Origin: Alphaproteobacteria bacterium
GTDB taxonomy: Bacteria > Pseudomonadota > Alphaproteobacteria > DSM-16000 > Inquilinaceae
Length of the DNA: 26,044 bases
Reading direction: 5' to 3'
Assembly: GCA_036445335.1 (NCBI GenBank)
Contig: JAZFQW010000020.1
Span: forward strand, 1 to 26,044
A program made the position numbers and the translations under genes. A model generated the notes under the pieces. It saw nothing but the letters and a program-made list of their open reading frames with translations. It was not told the DNA's origin and made no database searches. Shown here in pieces: positions 1 through 12,563 of the stretch (positions within the stretch are counted from its first letter, which is position 1; each line of letters opens with the position of its first letter).

Positions 1-219
1 ACCCATTTGACCGGGTTCCCTTGTCCGCTCGTCAGGCGCGGTTCGCGCCGCGTTGCCTGCGCACCGCAAGCGGAGCGCACCGCGGCGAGCGGACAAGGGA
101 ACCCGGCCTGCGGTGGCGCGCGGCGGCCCGCCGGGTGCGTTGCGCTCCGCTTGCGGTGCGCAGGCACCGCGGCGCGAACCGCGCCTGACGAGCGGACAAG
201 GGAACCCGGTCAAATGGGT
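1..219. repeat. Long nested palindromic element (MITE/REP-mosaic-like); left end may be cut by the window edge
   Basis: 1-79 is the reverse complement of 141-219 with one mismatch (53/167). The 21-mer CGAGCGGACAAGGGAACCCGG occurs at 86-106 and 189-209, and inverted at 11-31. Internal hairpins at 35-49 and 59-78. Confidence 0.9.
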
Positions 220-235
220 CACTATCAGCGATCCT

Positions 236-244
236 TGGTATAAG
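236..244 (+). promoter_or_regulatory. Candidate extended -10 element (TGGTATAAG) for lolC/E-lolD
   Basis: TGn + TATAAG in an AT-richer patch 78 nt upstream of the lolC/E ATG; no good -35. Confidence 0.3.
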
Positions 245-321
245 GCAATAAAGTCGCCACAAATGCCGTCATTCTGGCGGTGTCCGGCGGGCGTCGAAAA
301 CCACACGAGATCTGCATCGCC

Positions 322-1558
322 ATGTTCAGCCCATTCGAACGATGGGTCGCGTTCCGCTATCTGCGGGCACGGCGCCGCGAGGGTTTCATCTCGATCATCG
401 CCGGCTTCTCGCTGGGCGGTATCGGGCTGGGCGTCGCCGCGCTGATCATCGTCATGTCGGTCATGAACGGTTTCCGGCAGGAACTGATCGGCACGGTGCT
501 GGGGGTCAGCGGCCATCTCGCCGTCTACGGCCACGGCGGCCGGCTCGAACAGTACGACGACCTGGCCGAGCGGCTACGCGCGCTGGACGATGTCCTGCTG
601 GTCGCCCCGACCGTCGACGGCGAGGCGCTGGTCACCTATGGCGGTTCGTCCACGCCGGCGGCGGTGCGCGGTGTGCGGCCGGAGGATTTCCTAACCCGGC
701 CGTCGGTGGCCGACGATCTGCGGATCCGCGATCCGGCGGACTTCGGCGGCACCGAGGTGATCGCGATCGGCAGCCGCATGGCGCAGCGGCTCGGCGTCGA
801 TATCGGTGACGAGCTGACCCTGATCGTACCGCAGGTCAACGCTACCGCCTTCGGCAGCGTCCCCAGGATGCGCGCCTACCAGATCGCGGCGATCTTCGAC
901 GTCGGATTCTTCGAGTACGACAACCGATTCATATACATGCCGCTGGAGGCCGCGCAGATCCTGTACCGCAAGCGCGAGCAGGTGACCAAGCTGGAGATCT
1001 TCGTGGACGATCTCAACGATCTCGACGGGGCGCGGTCGGCGATACCGCCGGTGATCGCCGGGGCGGGCTGGCTGTGGGACTGGCAAAGCTCGAATTCCAG
1101 CCTGTTCACCGCGCTGCAGGTCGAGCGCAACGTGATGTTCGTGATCCTGACGCTGGTCATCCTGGTGGCGGCGTTCAACATCATCTCGGGCCTGGTGATG
1201 CTGGTGAAGGACAAGGGCCACGACATCGCCATCCTGCGGACTATGGGGGCGACCCGCGGCATGGTGCTGCGGATATTCCTGTTGACCGGCACCTCGATCG
1301 GCCTGGTCGGTACCCTGGCCGGGCTGGCGCTGGCGCTGGCGTTCGTGGAGAACATCGAGACGATCCGGCAGTGGCTGCAGTCGCTGACTGGCACGACGCT
1401 GTTCGACCCGGAGATCTATTTCCTCAGCCAACTGCCGGCCGAACTCGACTGGGGCGAGGTCGCCGCGGTCCTGGCCATTTCGATGGGCCTGTCGGTCAGT
1501 GCGACGATCTACCCGTCCTGGCGGGCCGCCCGGCTCGATCCGGTGGAGGCGCTGCGCT

Positions 1559-1566
<8 letters not shown>
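322..1566 (+). CDS. lolE: Lipoprotein-releasing ABC transporter permease, LolC/E family (single-copy, LolF-like)
   Basis: Starts MFSPFERWVAFRYLRARRREGFISII; has ERNVMF-ILTLVILVAAFNIISGLVMLVKDK-DIAILRTMGA; ends PSWRAARLDPVEALRYE; directly upstream of lolD. ATG 322 preferred over GTG 280. Confidence 0.93.
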
Positions 1567-2257
<691 letters not shown>

Positions 2258-2281
2258 CTCCGAACGGTCGGTTCGTCCCCG

Positions 2282-2290
2282 TAATCCACA
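2282..2290 (+). promoter_or_regulatory. Possible DnaA box upstream of dnaE
   Basis: TAATCCACA, one mismatch from TTATCCACA, in the 108-bp lolD-dnaE spacer. Confidence 0.3.
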
Positions 2291-2365
2291 GCCGATGGCG
2301 GCGCTTTGCTGCTGACGCCGCGTGTCCACCCTGACATGATCGCGCGGCCGGTTCGAAGGCACGCC

Positions 2366-5845
<3,480 letters not shown>

Positions 5846-5847
5846 TC

Positions 5848-5908
5848 CTGGCCCGCATCTCTCACACTGGCCGCGCAGACCGCGGCCAGTGTGAGAGATG
5901 CGGGCTAG
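5848..5908. repeat. Perfect palindrome (25-bp arms, 5-nt loop), dispersed repeat copy 1; could also act as a 3' stem-loop of dnaE
   Basis: GCCCGCATCTCTCACACTGGCCGCG (5851-5875) / CAGAC / exact reverse complement (5881-5905), extendable by 3 pairs including one G-T; no U-tract; partial copy at 25967-26004. Confidence 0.9.
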
Positions 5909-5938
5909 CCGATCGCGGGAGGGCGAATGGGCACGGCG

Positions 5939-5967
5939 CTTGCCAAAACCGTTCGGGCGGGCTATCT
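5939..5967 (+). promoter_or_regulatory. Sigma70-type promoter of rpsB-tsf
   Basis: CTTGCC-N17-CTATCT; each hexamer is one mismatch from the rhizobial consensus CTTGAC-N17-CTATAT. Confidence 0.65.
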
Positions 5968-5982
5968 ACCCGCCGTCGATTG

Positions 5983-6100
5983 ACAACACACACGCGGGCA
6001 TCGCGGTCTGCCCCGAAACGGCGGGTCGCTCCGGTGTCTGTCTGCGTTTCCGGCCTCGGCCGGAGCTCAGGCCGACGAACGCCCGCGGCGGACCAACCGG
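5983..6100 (+). promoter_or_regulatory. rpsB 5' leader (t44/rpsB-leader-like S2 autoregulatory RNA)
   Basis: ACAACACACACG (5983-5994), then basal stem CGCGGGC 5993-5999 / GCCCGCG 6081-6087, then GCGGACCAACC. This is the layout I recall for the E. coli rpsB leader. Inner hairpins 6003-6029 and 6056-6075. Confidence 0.65.
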
Positions 6101-6114
6101 AAAAGGACCGACCG

Positions 6115-7212
6115 ATGGCGACACCGACGTTTACCATGCGCCAGCTTCTGGAGAGCGGCGTGCATTTCGGCCACCACACCAGGCGCTGGAACCCCAAGAT
6201 GGACCAGTACATCTTCGGGATCCGGAACGGCGTCCACATCATCGACTTGCAACAGACGGTGCCCATGCTGCACCGCGCGCTCGACGCGGCGCGCGAAGTG
6301 GTCGCCAGCGGCGGCCGCGTGCTGTTCGTCGGCACCAAGCGGCAGGCGCAGGACAAGATCGCCGACGGCGCCAAGCGTTGCGGCCAGTATTTCGTCAACC
6401 ATCGCTGGCTCGGCGGTATGCTGACCAACTGGAAGACCATCTCGCGGTCGATCAAGCGGCTGAAGGAGATGGACGAGTTGCTGTCGGCGTCGGAATCGGG
6501 GCTGACCAAGAAGGAGATGCTGGGCCTGACCCGCGAGCGCGACAAGCTGGACAGGGCGCTGGGCGGCATCCGCGACATGGGCGGACTGCCCGACATCCTG
6601 TTCATTGTCGACACCAACAAAGAGGCGATCGCCATCCTCGAGGCGCGCAAGCTCGGCATCCCGGTAATCGCGATAATCGACAGCAATTCCGATCCGGACG
6701 GCATCGCGTACCCGATCCCGGGCAACGACGATGCGCTGCGGGCGATCGCGCTGTATTGCGAGCTGATGGCGTCGTCGGTGCTGTCTGGCATCGAGGCGGA
6801 GATGATCGCCTCAGGCTCCGACATCGGCGAAAGCGAGGCGCCGGCCGGAGAGACGCTGCCGGCGGAAAGCGCAGGGGACCCTGAGGCCACGGCCGAGGTG
6901 ACGCCGGCGGCGGACGCGGAGGCGAAGCCGGCGGCGGACGACGAGACGACGTCGGCGGCGGACGACGAGACGATGCCGGCGGCGGACGCCGAGGCGACGC
7001 CGGCGGCGGACGACGAGACGACGCCTGCGGCGGACGACGAGACGATGGCGGCGGCGGACGCCGAGGCGACGCCGGCGAAGGACGACGAGGCGACGCCGGC
7101 GAAGGACGACGAGGCGACGCTTGCGGACGACGAGGCGGCGCCTGCGGCCGACGGCGAGCCGAGCGACGCTGCGGCCGCCGATCTGGCGGCGCGGCCGGCC
7201 GCCACCGGCTGA
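6115..7212 (+). CDS. rpsB: 30S ribosomal protein S2 with long acidic C-terminal extension
   Basis: [46 protein letters not shown]; ATG 6115 after AAAAGGA; about 130 extra Ala/Asp/Glu-rich residues. Confidence 0.97.
   Translation: MATPTFTMRQLLESGVHFGHHTRRWNPKMDQYIFGIRNGVHIIDLQQTVPMLHRALDAAREVVASGGRVLFVGTKRQAQDKIADGAKRCGQYFVNHRWLGGMLTNWKTISRSIKRLKEMDELLSASESGLTKKEMLGLTRERDKLDRALGGIRDMGGLPDILFIVDTNKEAIAILEARKLGIPVIAIIDSNSDPDGIAYPIPGNDDALRAIALYCELMASSVLSGIEAEMIASGSDIGESEAPAGETLPAESAGDPEATAEVTPAADAEAKPAADDETTSAADDETMPAADAEATPAADDETTPAADDETMAAADAEATPAKDDEATPAKDDEATLADDEAAPAADGEPSDAAAADLAARPAATG
6901..7161 (+). repeat. In-frame 24-bp tandem repeat (about 11 units) with 72-bp higher-order period
   Basis: [24 protein letters not shown] / [24 protein letters not shown] / [24 protein letters not shown] / [15 protein letters not shown]. 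Confidence 0.92.
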
Positions 7213-7235
7213 CGCCACAATTTCACCTTGTGGCG
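7213..7235 (+). other. 8-bp stem-loop directly after the rpsB stop
   Basis: CGCCACAA-TTTCACC-TTGTGGCG; no U-tract, so not called a terminator. Confidence 0.5.
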
Positions 7236-7305
7236 GCACCGCTGCCGCCCGAATCGGATACTATTGCAGTCGCGTGAGCCGCGCTGCAGGGGCGACGAGG
7301 ACGAC

Positions 7306-8232
7306 ATGTTGGAAATAACCGCTGCGCTGGTCAAAGAGCTTCGCGACAAGACCAGCGCCGGCATGATGGATTGCAAGAAGGCGCTGGTGGAAAGCGACGG
7401 CGACCTGAATGCCGCCACCGACTGGCTGCGCAAGAAGGGTATCGCTGCGGCGACCAAGAAGTCCGGGCGCACTGCCTCGCAGGGGCTCGTCGGCGTCGCC
7501 GTGGCGGGCAGGATGGGTGCCATCGTCGAGGTCAATTCCGAGACCGACTTCGTCCCCCTCAACCCGGAATTCCAACGCTTCGTAACCACGCTTGCCGGTG
7601 TGGCGCTGGAGCTCGGCGGTGACGTCGAGACGCTCAGGGCGGCGTCCTATCCCGGCACCGGCCAGGCAGTCGCCGACGAGCTGACCGACCTGATCGCCAA
7701 GATCCGCGAGAATATGACGCTTCGTCGCGCCGGCAGGCTGGAGGTCGGCGCCGGTGTGGTGGCGCGCTATGTGCACGGCCCAGTGGCGACCGACCTCGGG
7801 AAGATCGGTGTGCTGGTGGCGCTCGAGTCCCCCGGCGACGCAGCCAAGCTGGAGGCGCTGGGCAAACAATTGGCGATGCACGTCGCCGCGGCGCGGCCCG
7901 AGGTGGTCTCCGTCGATCAGGTCGATCCGGCGGCGCTCGACCACGAGCGCGCGGTGCTGGCCGAGCAAGCCCGCGTCGGCGGCAAGCCGGAAGACATCGT
8001 CCAGAAGATCGTCGAGGGGCGGCTGCGCAAATACTACGAGGACGTGGTTCTGCTGGAGCAGGTCTGGGTGATCGACGGCGAGAGCCGGGTCAATCAGGCG
8101 ATCGAGGTGGCGGCAACGGAGATCGGCGCGCCGATCGCGGTCGCCGGGTTCATCCGCTTTGCGCTGGGAGAGGGCGTTGATTCGCAGCCGACCGATTTCG
8201 CCGCCGAGGTCGCCGCGACCCTGGCGGACTGA
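7306..8232 (+). CDS. tsf: Elongation factor Ts
   Basis: [43 protein letters not shown]; ATG 7306 after GAGGA. Confidence 0.96.
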   Translation: MLEITAALVKELRDKTSAGMMDCKKALVESDGDLNAATDWLRKKGIAAATKKSGRTASQGLVGVAVAGRMGAIVEVNSETDFVPLNPEFQRFVTTLAGVALELGGDVETLRAASYPGTGQAVADELTDLIAKIRENMTLRRAGRLEVGAGVVARYVHGPVATDLGKIGVLVALESPGDAAKLEALGKQLAMHVAAARPEVVSVDQVDPAALDHERAVLAEQARVGGKPEDIVQKIVEGRLRKYYEDVVLLEQVWVIDGESRVNQAIEVAATEIGAPIAVAGFIRFALGEGVDSQPTDFAAEVAATLAD

Positions 8233-8286
8233 CGGCGGCCGCGGCGCCGCGACCGTGAGCGCGCCGCTGTGACCGTGGAGGAAACG

Positions 8287-9012
8287 ATGTCGTCCGCGTC
8301 GCTCTATCATCGGGTCCTGCTGAAGATTTCGGGCGAGGCGCTGATGGGCGGCCGGAAATACGGCATCGATCCCGAGACCGTCGACCGTATTGCAGGCGAG
8401 GTGGCACAGGTCGCGGCGCTGGGCGCCCAGGTCTGCCTGGTGGTCGGCGCCGGCAACATATTTCGCGGCATGGCCGGCGCCGCCAACGGCATGGAGCGCA
8501 CGACCGCCGACTATATGGGCATGCTGGCCACGGTAATGAACGCCCTGGCGTTGCAGGCCGCGTGCGAGAAGGCGGGCTTGCACACCAGAGTGCAATCGGC
8601 GATCCCGATGGACACCGTCTGCGAGCCCTACATCCGCCGCCGTGCGGTACGGCACATGGAAAAGGGCAGGGTGGTCATCTTCGCCGCTGGTTCCGGCAAC
8701 CCGTTCTTCACCACCGACACCGCGGCGGCGCTGCGTGCGTCGGAGATGGAATGTGATGCACTGCTGAAGGGCACCAAAGTGGACGGCGTCTACACCGCCG
8801 ATCCGCGGGAAGTCCCGGACGCCAAGCGCTACGAACGGTTGACCTACCTGCAGGTGCTGTCAAACGATCTGCGCGTGATGGACCACTCGGCGATTTCGCT
8901 GGCGCGCGAAAACAGCATACCGATATTGGTGTTTTCGATCCTCAAGGCCGGGGCCTTCGCAGAGGCCGTCACCGGTCGTGGGCAACACACGATCATAAGC
9001 GAGGAGGACTGA
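8287..9012 (+). CDS. pyrH: UMP kinase
   Basis: [39 protein letters not shown]; ATG 8287 after GGAGGA. Confidence 0.96.
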   Translation: MSSASLYHRVLLKISGEALMGGRKYGIDPETVDRIAGEVAQVAALGAQVCLVVGAGNIFRGMAGAANGMERTTADYMGMLATVMNALALQAACEKAGLHTRVQSAIPMDTVCEPYIRRRAVRHMEKGRVVIFAAGSGNPFFTTDTAAALRASEMECDALLKGTKVDGVYTADPREVPDAKRYERLTYLQVLSNDLRVMDHSAISLARENSIPILVFSILKAGAFAEAVTGRGQHTIISEED

Positions 9013-9014
9013 CC

Positions 9015-9572
9015 ATGGCCGCCCTCGATATGAAGGACCTGAACCGGCGCATGGACGGCGCGGTCAGCGTCCTGGGCAGCGAATTCGCCGGATTGCGTAC
9101 CGGCCGGGCGTCGCCCAGCCTGCTCGAGCCGATCACCGTGGAGGCCTATGGCACGCAGATGCCGCTGCCCCAGGTCGGCACGATCGGCGTGCCGGAGCCG
9201 CGCATGCTGACCGTTCAGGTCTGGGACAACGGCCTGGTCAAGGCGGTGGAAAGGGCGATTCTGGAGTCCGGGTTGGGGCTGAACCCGCAGCCCGACGGGG
9301 CGCTTATCCGGGTGCCGATCCCCGAGCTCAACGAAGAGCGTCGGCGCGAGCTGACCAAGATCGCCGGCAAATACACCGAACAGGCCCGCGTCGCCGTGCG
9401 CAACGTCCGCCGCGACGGCATGGACACGCTGAAGCATATGGAGAAGGACGGCGAAATATCCCAGGACGAGCACAAATCGTCGGCCACCGAGATCCAGGAG
9501 ATGACCGACGCCCATGTCGCGCGCATCGACGAAGCGCTGGCCGCTAAAGAAGAAGAAATCATGCAGGTTTGA
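9015..9572 (+). CDS. frr: Ribosome recycling factor
   Basis: [29 protein letters not shown] terminus; synteny after pyrH. Confidence 0.96.
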   Translation: MAALDMKDLNRRMDGAVSVLGSEFAGLRTGRASPSLLEPITVEAYGTQMPLPQVGTIGVPEPRMLTVQVWDNGLVKAVERAILESGLGLNPQPDGALIRVPIPELNEERRRELTKIAGKYTEQARVAVRNVRRDGMDTLKHMEKDGEISQDEHKSSATEIQEMTDAHVARIDEALAAKEEEIMQV

Positions 9573-9581
9573 CCGCCGCTC

Positions 9582-10313
9582 ATGCCCGGCATTATTTCCG
9601 AACCCCCGCCGCTGCCGCCAACCCATATCGCGATTATCATGGATGGCAACGGCCGATGGGCACGCGCCCGCGGTCTGCCGCGAACCCTGGGCCATCACCG
9701 CGGCGTCGAGGCGGTCCGGCGCGCCGTGGAGTCGGCGGTCGAGCTGGGCATCGGCCACCTCACCCTGTTCGGGTTCTCCACCGAGAACTGGAGTCGGCCC
9801 GAGGACGAGGTGAGCGAGCTGATGGGGCTGCTGCGCAAGTATCTGCGCAGCGAAATCGCCGAGCTACACAAGAACGGCGTGCGGCTGCGGGTGATCGGCG
9901 ATCGCACGCGCCTGGCGCCCGATATCATCGATCTGATCGGCAATGCCGAGACCCTGACCCGCGGCAACCACACCCTGCACCTGACCGTGGCCTTGAGCTA
10001 TGGCGCGCGCCAGGAGATCACCGCGGCCGCGCGGCAGCTGGCCGAGGAGGTGCGCAATGGTGTGCTGGCGCTCTCGGATCTGGACCTGGACGCCGTTTCG
10101 GCCCGGTTGTTCACCCGCGAACTGCCGGACCCGGACCTGATCATCCGGACCAGCGGCGAGAAACGCATCAGCAATTTCCTGTTGTGGCAGGCCGCCTATG
10201 CCGAACTCGTTTTCGTCGACACCCTATGGCCGGACTTCGACCGCGCCGACCTGGAGCGGGCGATCGGTGAGTATCAACGGCGCGAACGACGCTATGGCGT
10301 CTCTGTCGGCTGA
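9582..10313 (+). CDS. uppS: Undecaprenyl diphosphate synthase (cis-prenyltransferase)
   Basis: HIAIIMDGNGRWA, FSTENWSRP, PDPDLIIRTSGEKRISNFLLWQ, RERRYG. Confidence 0.95.
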   Translation: MPGIISEPPPLPPTHIAIIMDGNGRWARARGLPRTLGHHRGVEAVRRAVESAVELGIGHLTLFGFSTENWSRPEDEVSELMGLLRKYLRSEIAELHKNGVRLRVIGDRTRLAPDIIDLIGNAETLTRGNHTLHLTVALSYGARQEITAAARQLAEEVRNGVLALSDLDLDAVSARLFTRELPDPDLIIRTSGEKRISNFLLWQAAYAELVFVDTLWPDFDRADLERAIGEYQRRERRYGVSVG

Positions 10314-11121
10314 CAGCCCGCCAGGCAACCTGCTCGTTCGCACCCTGTCCGCACTGGTCCTGGGGCCGCTGGTCATCGCGGTCATCTATCTCGGCGGCGC
10401 CGCGTTCGCGCTGCTGCTGGCGGCGACGGGGTTCGTCGCACTGCGCGAGTGGTTCCATTTGGTTGGTGCCGGCGGCCGGGACATCGTGCTGGAGTTGTCG
10501 TTCGGCGCGCTGGTGGCAACGCTGGTCGTGGTCGTGGCCGCCGGCGTCGTCGACGCACTGGTCGTCCTGGCGGCGCTGGCGGCGGCACTGGCCGCCGTGG
10601 TCTCGGGCGCGGGGTACGCCAATCGCGGCATGGTCGCGCTGGGACTGCCCTATATCGGGCTGCCGGTCGCGGTGCTGTTGTGGCTTCGTGGCCAGCCCGA
10701 GGCCGGGTTCGGTATGGTGCTGTGGCTCTTCCTGATCGTCTGGGCGACCGATATCGGCGGATATGCCGCCGGGCGGACGATCGGTGGACCGAAACTGGCG
10801 CCGGTGATCAGCCCAAAGAAGACCTGGGCCGGGCTGGCCGGGGCGGTCGCCGCGGCGGCGCTGATCGGTGGCATCGCCGCCGCGGTCCTCGGCGCCGCGT
10901 CGCCGCTCTGGGCGGCGGCACTGGCGGCCGCCCTGGCCGTCGTCGCTCAAATGGGCGACCTGGCGGAGTCCGCGGTCAAGCGCCGCTTCCACGCCAAGGA
11001 CAGCGGCGCGCTGATTCCCGGTCACGGTGGCATTCTCGACCGGATCGACGGGTTGCTGGCGGCGGCGCCGATGCTGGCGCTGTTCCACGCGACCCTGGGG
11101 GGTGCGATCGGATGGTGGTGA
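10294..11121 (+). CDS. cdsA: Phosphatidate cytidylyltransferase
   Basis: Hydrophobic; WATDIGGY, ISPKKTWAG, KRRFHAKDSGALIPGHGGILDRIDG; ATG 10294 overlaps the uppS end. Confidence 0.95.
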   Translation: MASLSADSPPGNLLVRTLSALVLGPLVIAVIYLGGAAFALLLAATGFVALREWFHLVGAGGRDIVLELSFGALVATLVVVVAAGVVDALVVLAALAAALAAVVSGAGYANRGMVALGLPYIGLPVAVLLWLRGQPEAGFGMVLWLFLIVWATDIGGYAAGRTIGGPKLAPVISPKKTWAGLAGAVAAAALIGGIAAAVLGAASPLWAAALAAALAVVAQMGDLAESAVKRRFHAKDSGALIPGHGGILDRIDGLLAAAPMLALFHATLGGAIGWW

Positions 11122-11354
11122 ACGTGATTGAACCGCCGCCGCGCCGAGTGACCCTACTGGGGTCCACCGGGTCGGTCGGCGGCAACACCGTCGACTTGGT
11201 CAAACGGGTGCCTGTGCGGTTCACGGTCGAGGCGCCGACGGTGCACCGCAACGTCTACCGAGTGGCGCGAATACCCTTAGGGCCCCTGGAAAGCCTGGCC
11301 CAGGTACACGACATAGACAGCGAGGCCCGACGGTGCGCGATCAGTCTTCTGTAA
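11112..11354 (+). pseudogene. dxr: Internally deleted relic of 1-deoxy-D-xylulose 5-phosphate reductoisomerase
   Basis: 80 codons at the canonical cdsA-dxr-rseP position. RRVTLLGSTGSVGGNTVDLV..P.RFTVEA matches the Dxr NADPH-binding N-terminus (GSTGS at 11160-11174). LESLAQVHDIDSEARRCA resembles the Dxr C-terminal helix. Full-length Dxr is about 390-400 aa. Confidence 0.85.
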
Positions 11355-11407
11355 AGCAATTCGTGGTAAAAGCGAACCGGCCCGAACAACCCATACAAGG
11401 ATAATCC

Positions 11408-12535
11408 ATGGCGTTTCTCGATGCTATCTGGACCTACGTCGTCCCCTTCCTGGTCGTCCTGACGGTGTTGGTCTTCGTGCACGAGCTGGGCCACTATCTG
11501 GTGGCGCGGCGCAATGGAGTGCGGGTGGAGGTCTTCTCGATCGGGTTCGGGCGGGAGCTGTTCGGGTTCACCGACCGGGCCGGGACCCGCTGGAAATTCA
11601 GCGCCATCCCACTCGGCGGGTACGTCAAGATGTTCGGCGACGCCAACGCCGCGTCGATGCCCGGTGACGAGCTGCCGGGACTGACCGAGGACGAAAAGGC
11701 GGAATCGTTCCACCACAAGCGCCTCGGCCAGCGTGTCGCCATCGTCGCCGCCGGACCGATCGCGAATTTCCTGTTCGCGATGGTCGCGCTGGCATTCCTG
11801 TTCGCCACGGCGGGTCATCCGTTCGACCCGCCGCCATGGGTGGGTGCCGTCACGCCGGGCAGCCCGGCCGAGGCGGCCGGGATCCTGCCGGGGGACACGA
11901 TCGTGGCCATCGACGGCCAGCCGGTCGGGCGGTTCGGCGATCTGGTCGGGCTGGTGCAGTCCGGCGACGGCGCTCCGATATCCGTCGACCTGCGTCACGA
12001 CGGAACCACCGTGACGTTGACGTTGACCCCGCAGATGACCACGGTCACCAATGCCGACGGCGTGGACGTCCAGGTGCCGCGGATCGGTGTCGTCGTCGAT
12101 AGCGGACCTTACGGATTGCTGCGCTCGGTCCGTCTCGGCGTCACCGAGACGGTGTGGTGGACGGCGTTCACGCTGCGGACGCTGGGTGAGATCATCGTCG
12201 GCGATCGCGGCAGAGAAGATCTCGGCGGACCGATCATGATCGCCCAGATTTCCGGCCAAGTGGCGCAAATCGGGTGGGTCGCCACGGTGTGGTTCATGGC
12301 GGTCCTGTCGATCAATCTCGGTCTGATCAACCTGTTCCCCGTGCCGATGCTGGATGGCGGGCACCTGCTGTACTATGCCGCCGAGGCGGTACGTGGCCGG
12401 CCGCTCGGCGAGCGCGCGCAAGAATATGGTTTTCGCATTGGGCTGGTTTTGGTATTAACGCTAATGGTGTTCGCCACTTGGAACGATCTTGAGCGACTGC
12501 AGGTCGTTGCCTTCCTAAAAGAGCTGATCTTTTAA
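11408..12535 (+). CDS. rseP: RIP metalloprotease RseP (site-2 protease, one PDZ domain)
   Basis: VHELGH zinc motif, AIPLGGYVKM, AAGPIANF, NLFPVPMLDGGH. Confidence 0.95.
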   Translation: MAFLDAIWTYVVPFLVVLTVLVFVHELGHYLVARRNGVRVEVFSIGFGRELFGFTDRAGTRWKFSAIPLGGYVKMFGDANAASMPGDELPGLTEDEKAESFHHKRLGQRVAIVAAGPIANFLFAMVALAFLFATAGHPFDPPPWVGAVTPGSPAEAAGILPGDTIVAIDGQPVGRFGDLVGLVQSGDGAPISVDLRHDGTTVTLTLTPQMTTVTNADGVDVQVPRIGVVVDSGPYGLLRSVRLGVTETVWWTAFTLRTLGEIIVGDRGREDLGGPIMIAQISGQVAQIGWVATVWFMAVLSINLGLINLFPVPMLDGGHLLYYAAEAVRGRPLGERAQEYGFRIGLVLVLTLMVFATWNDLERLQVVAFLKELIF

Positions 12536-12563
12536 TCATGGGCGGGGCTGCCCGGGGGATGAC

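Noticed and set aside
6901-7161. Regular repeats as a CRISPR array
   Set aside because: No unique spacers, units are in-frame codons of rpsB, and no cas genes are present.
7540-7570. Unusual residues at normally conserved sites (EF-Ts DFVPLN, also RRF PLPQV, GltX VSLF, PyrH GAGN, GltA FVCP)
   Set aside because: Without alignments or reads I cannot separate lineage divergence from consensus errors; all catalytic motifs I could check are intact.
5862-7589. 575-aa antisense ORF over rpsB, plus other long antisense or off-frame ORFs (19825-21807, 23969-25333, 3728-5143, 1496-2911)
   Set aside because: Shadow ORFs expected in high-GC DNA; they overlap well-supported genes and show no family motifs.
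10449-11111. 301-aa ORF 10449-11354 as a fused gene
   Set aside because: The upstream part is an alternative frame of cdsA; only 11112-11354 has Dxr similarity.
11374-11387. GAAC-N6-GAAC upstream of rseP as an SOS box
   Set aside because: Spacing is 6, not the required 7.
12480-12508. GGAAC...CGTT as an EcfG/sigmaT promoter for bamA
   Set aside because: The spacer is 20 nt; the known consensus needs about 16-17.
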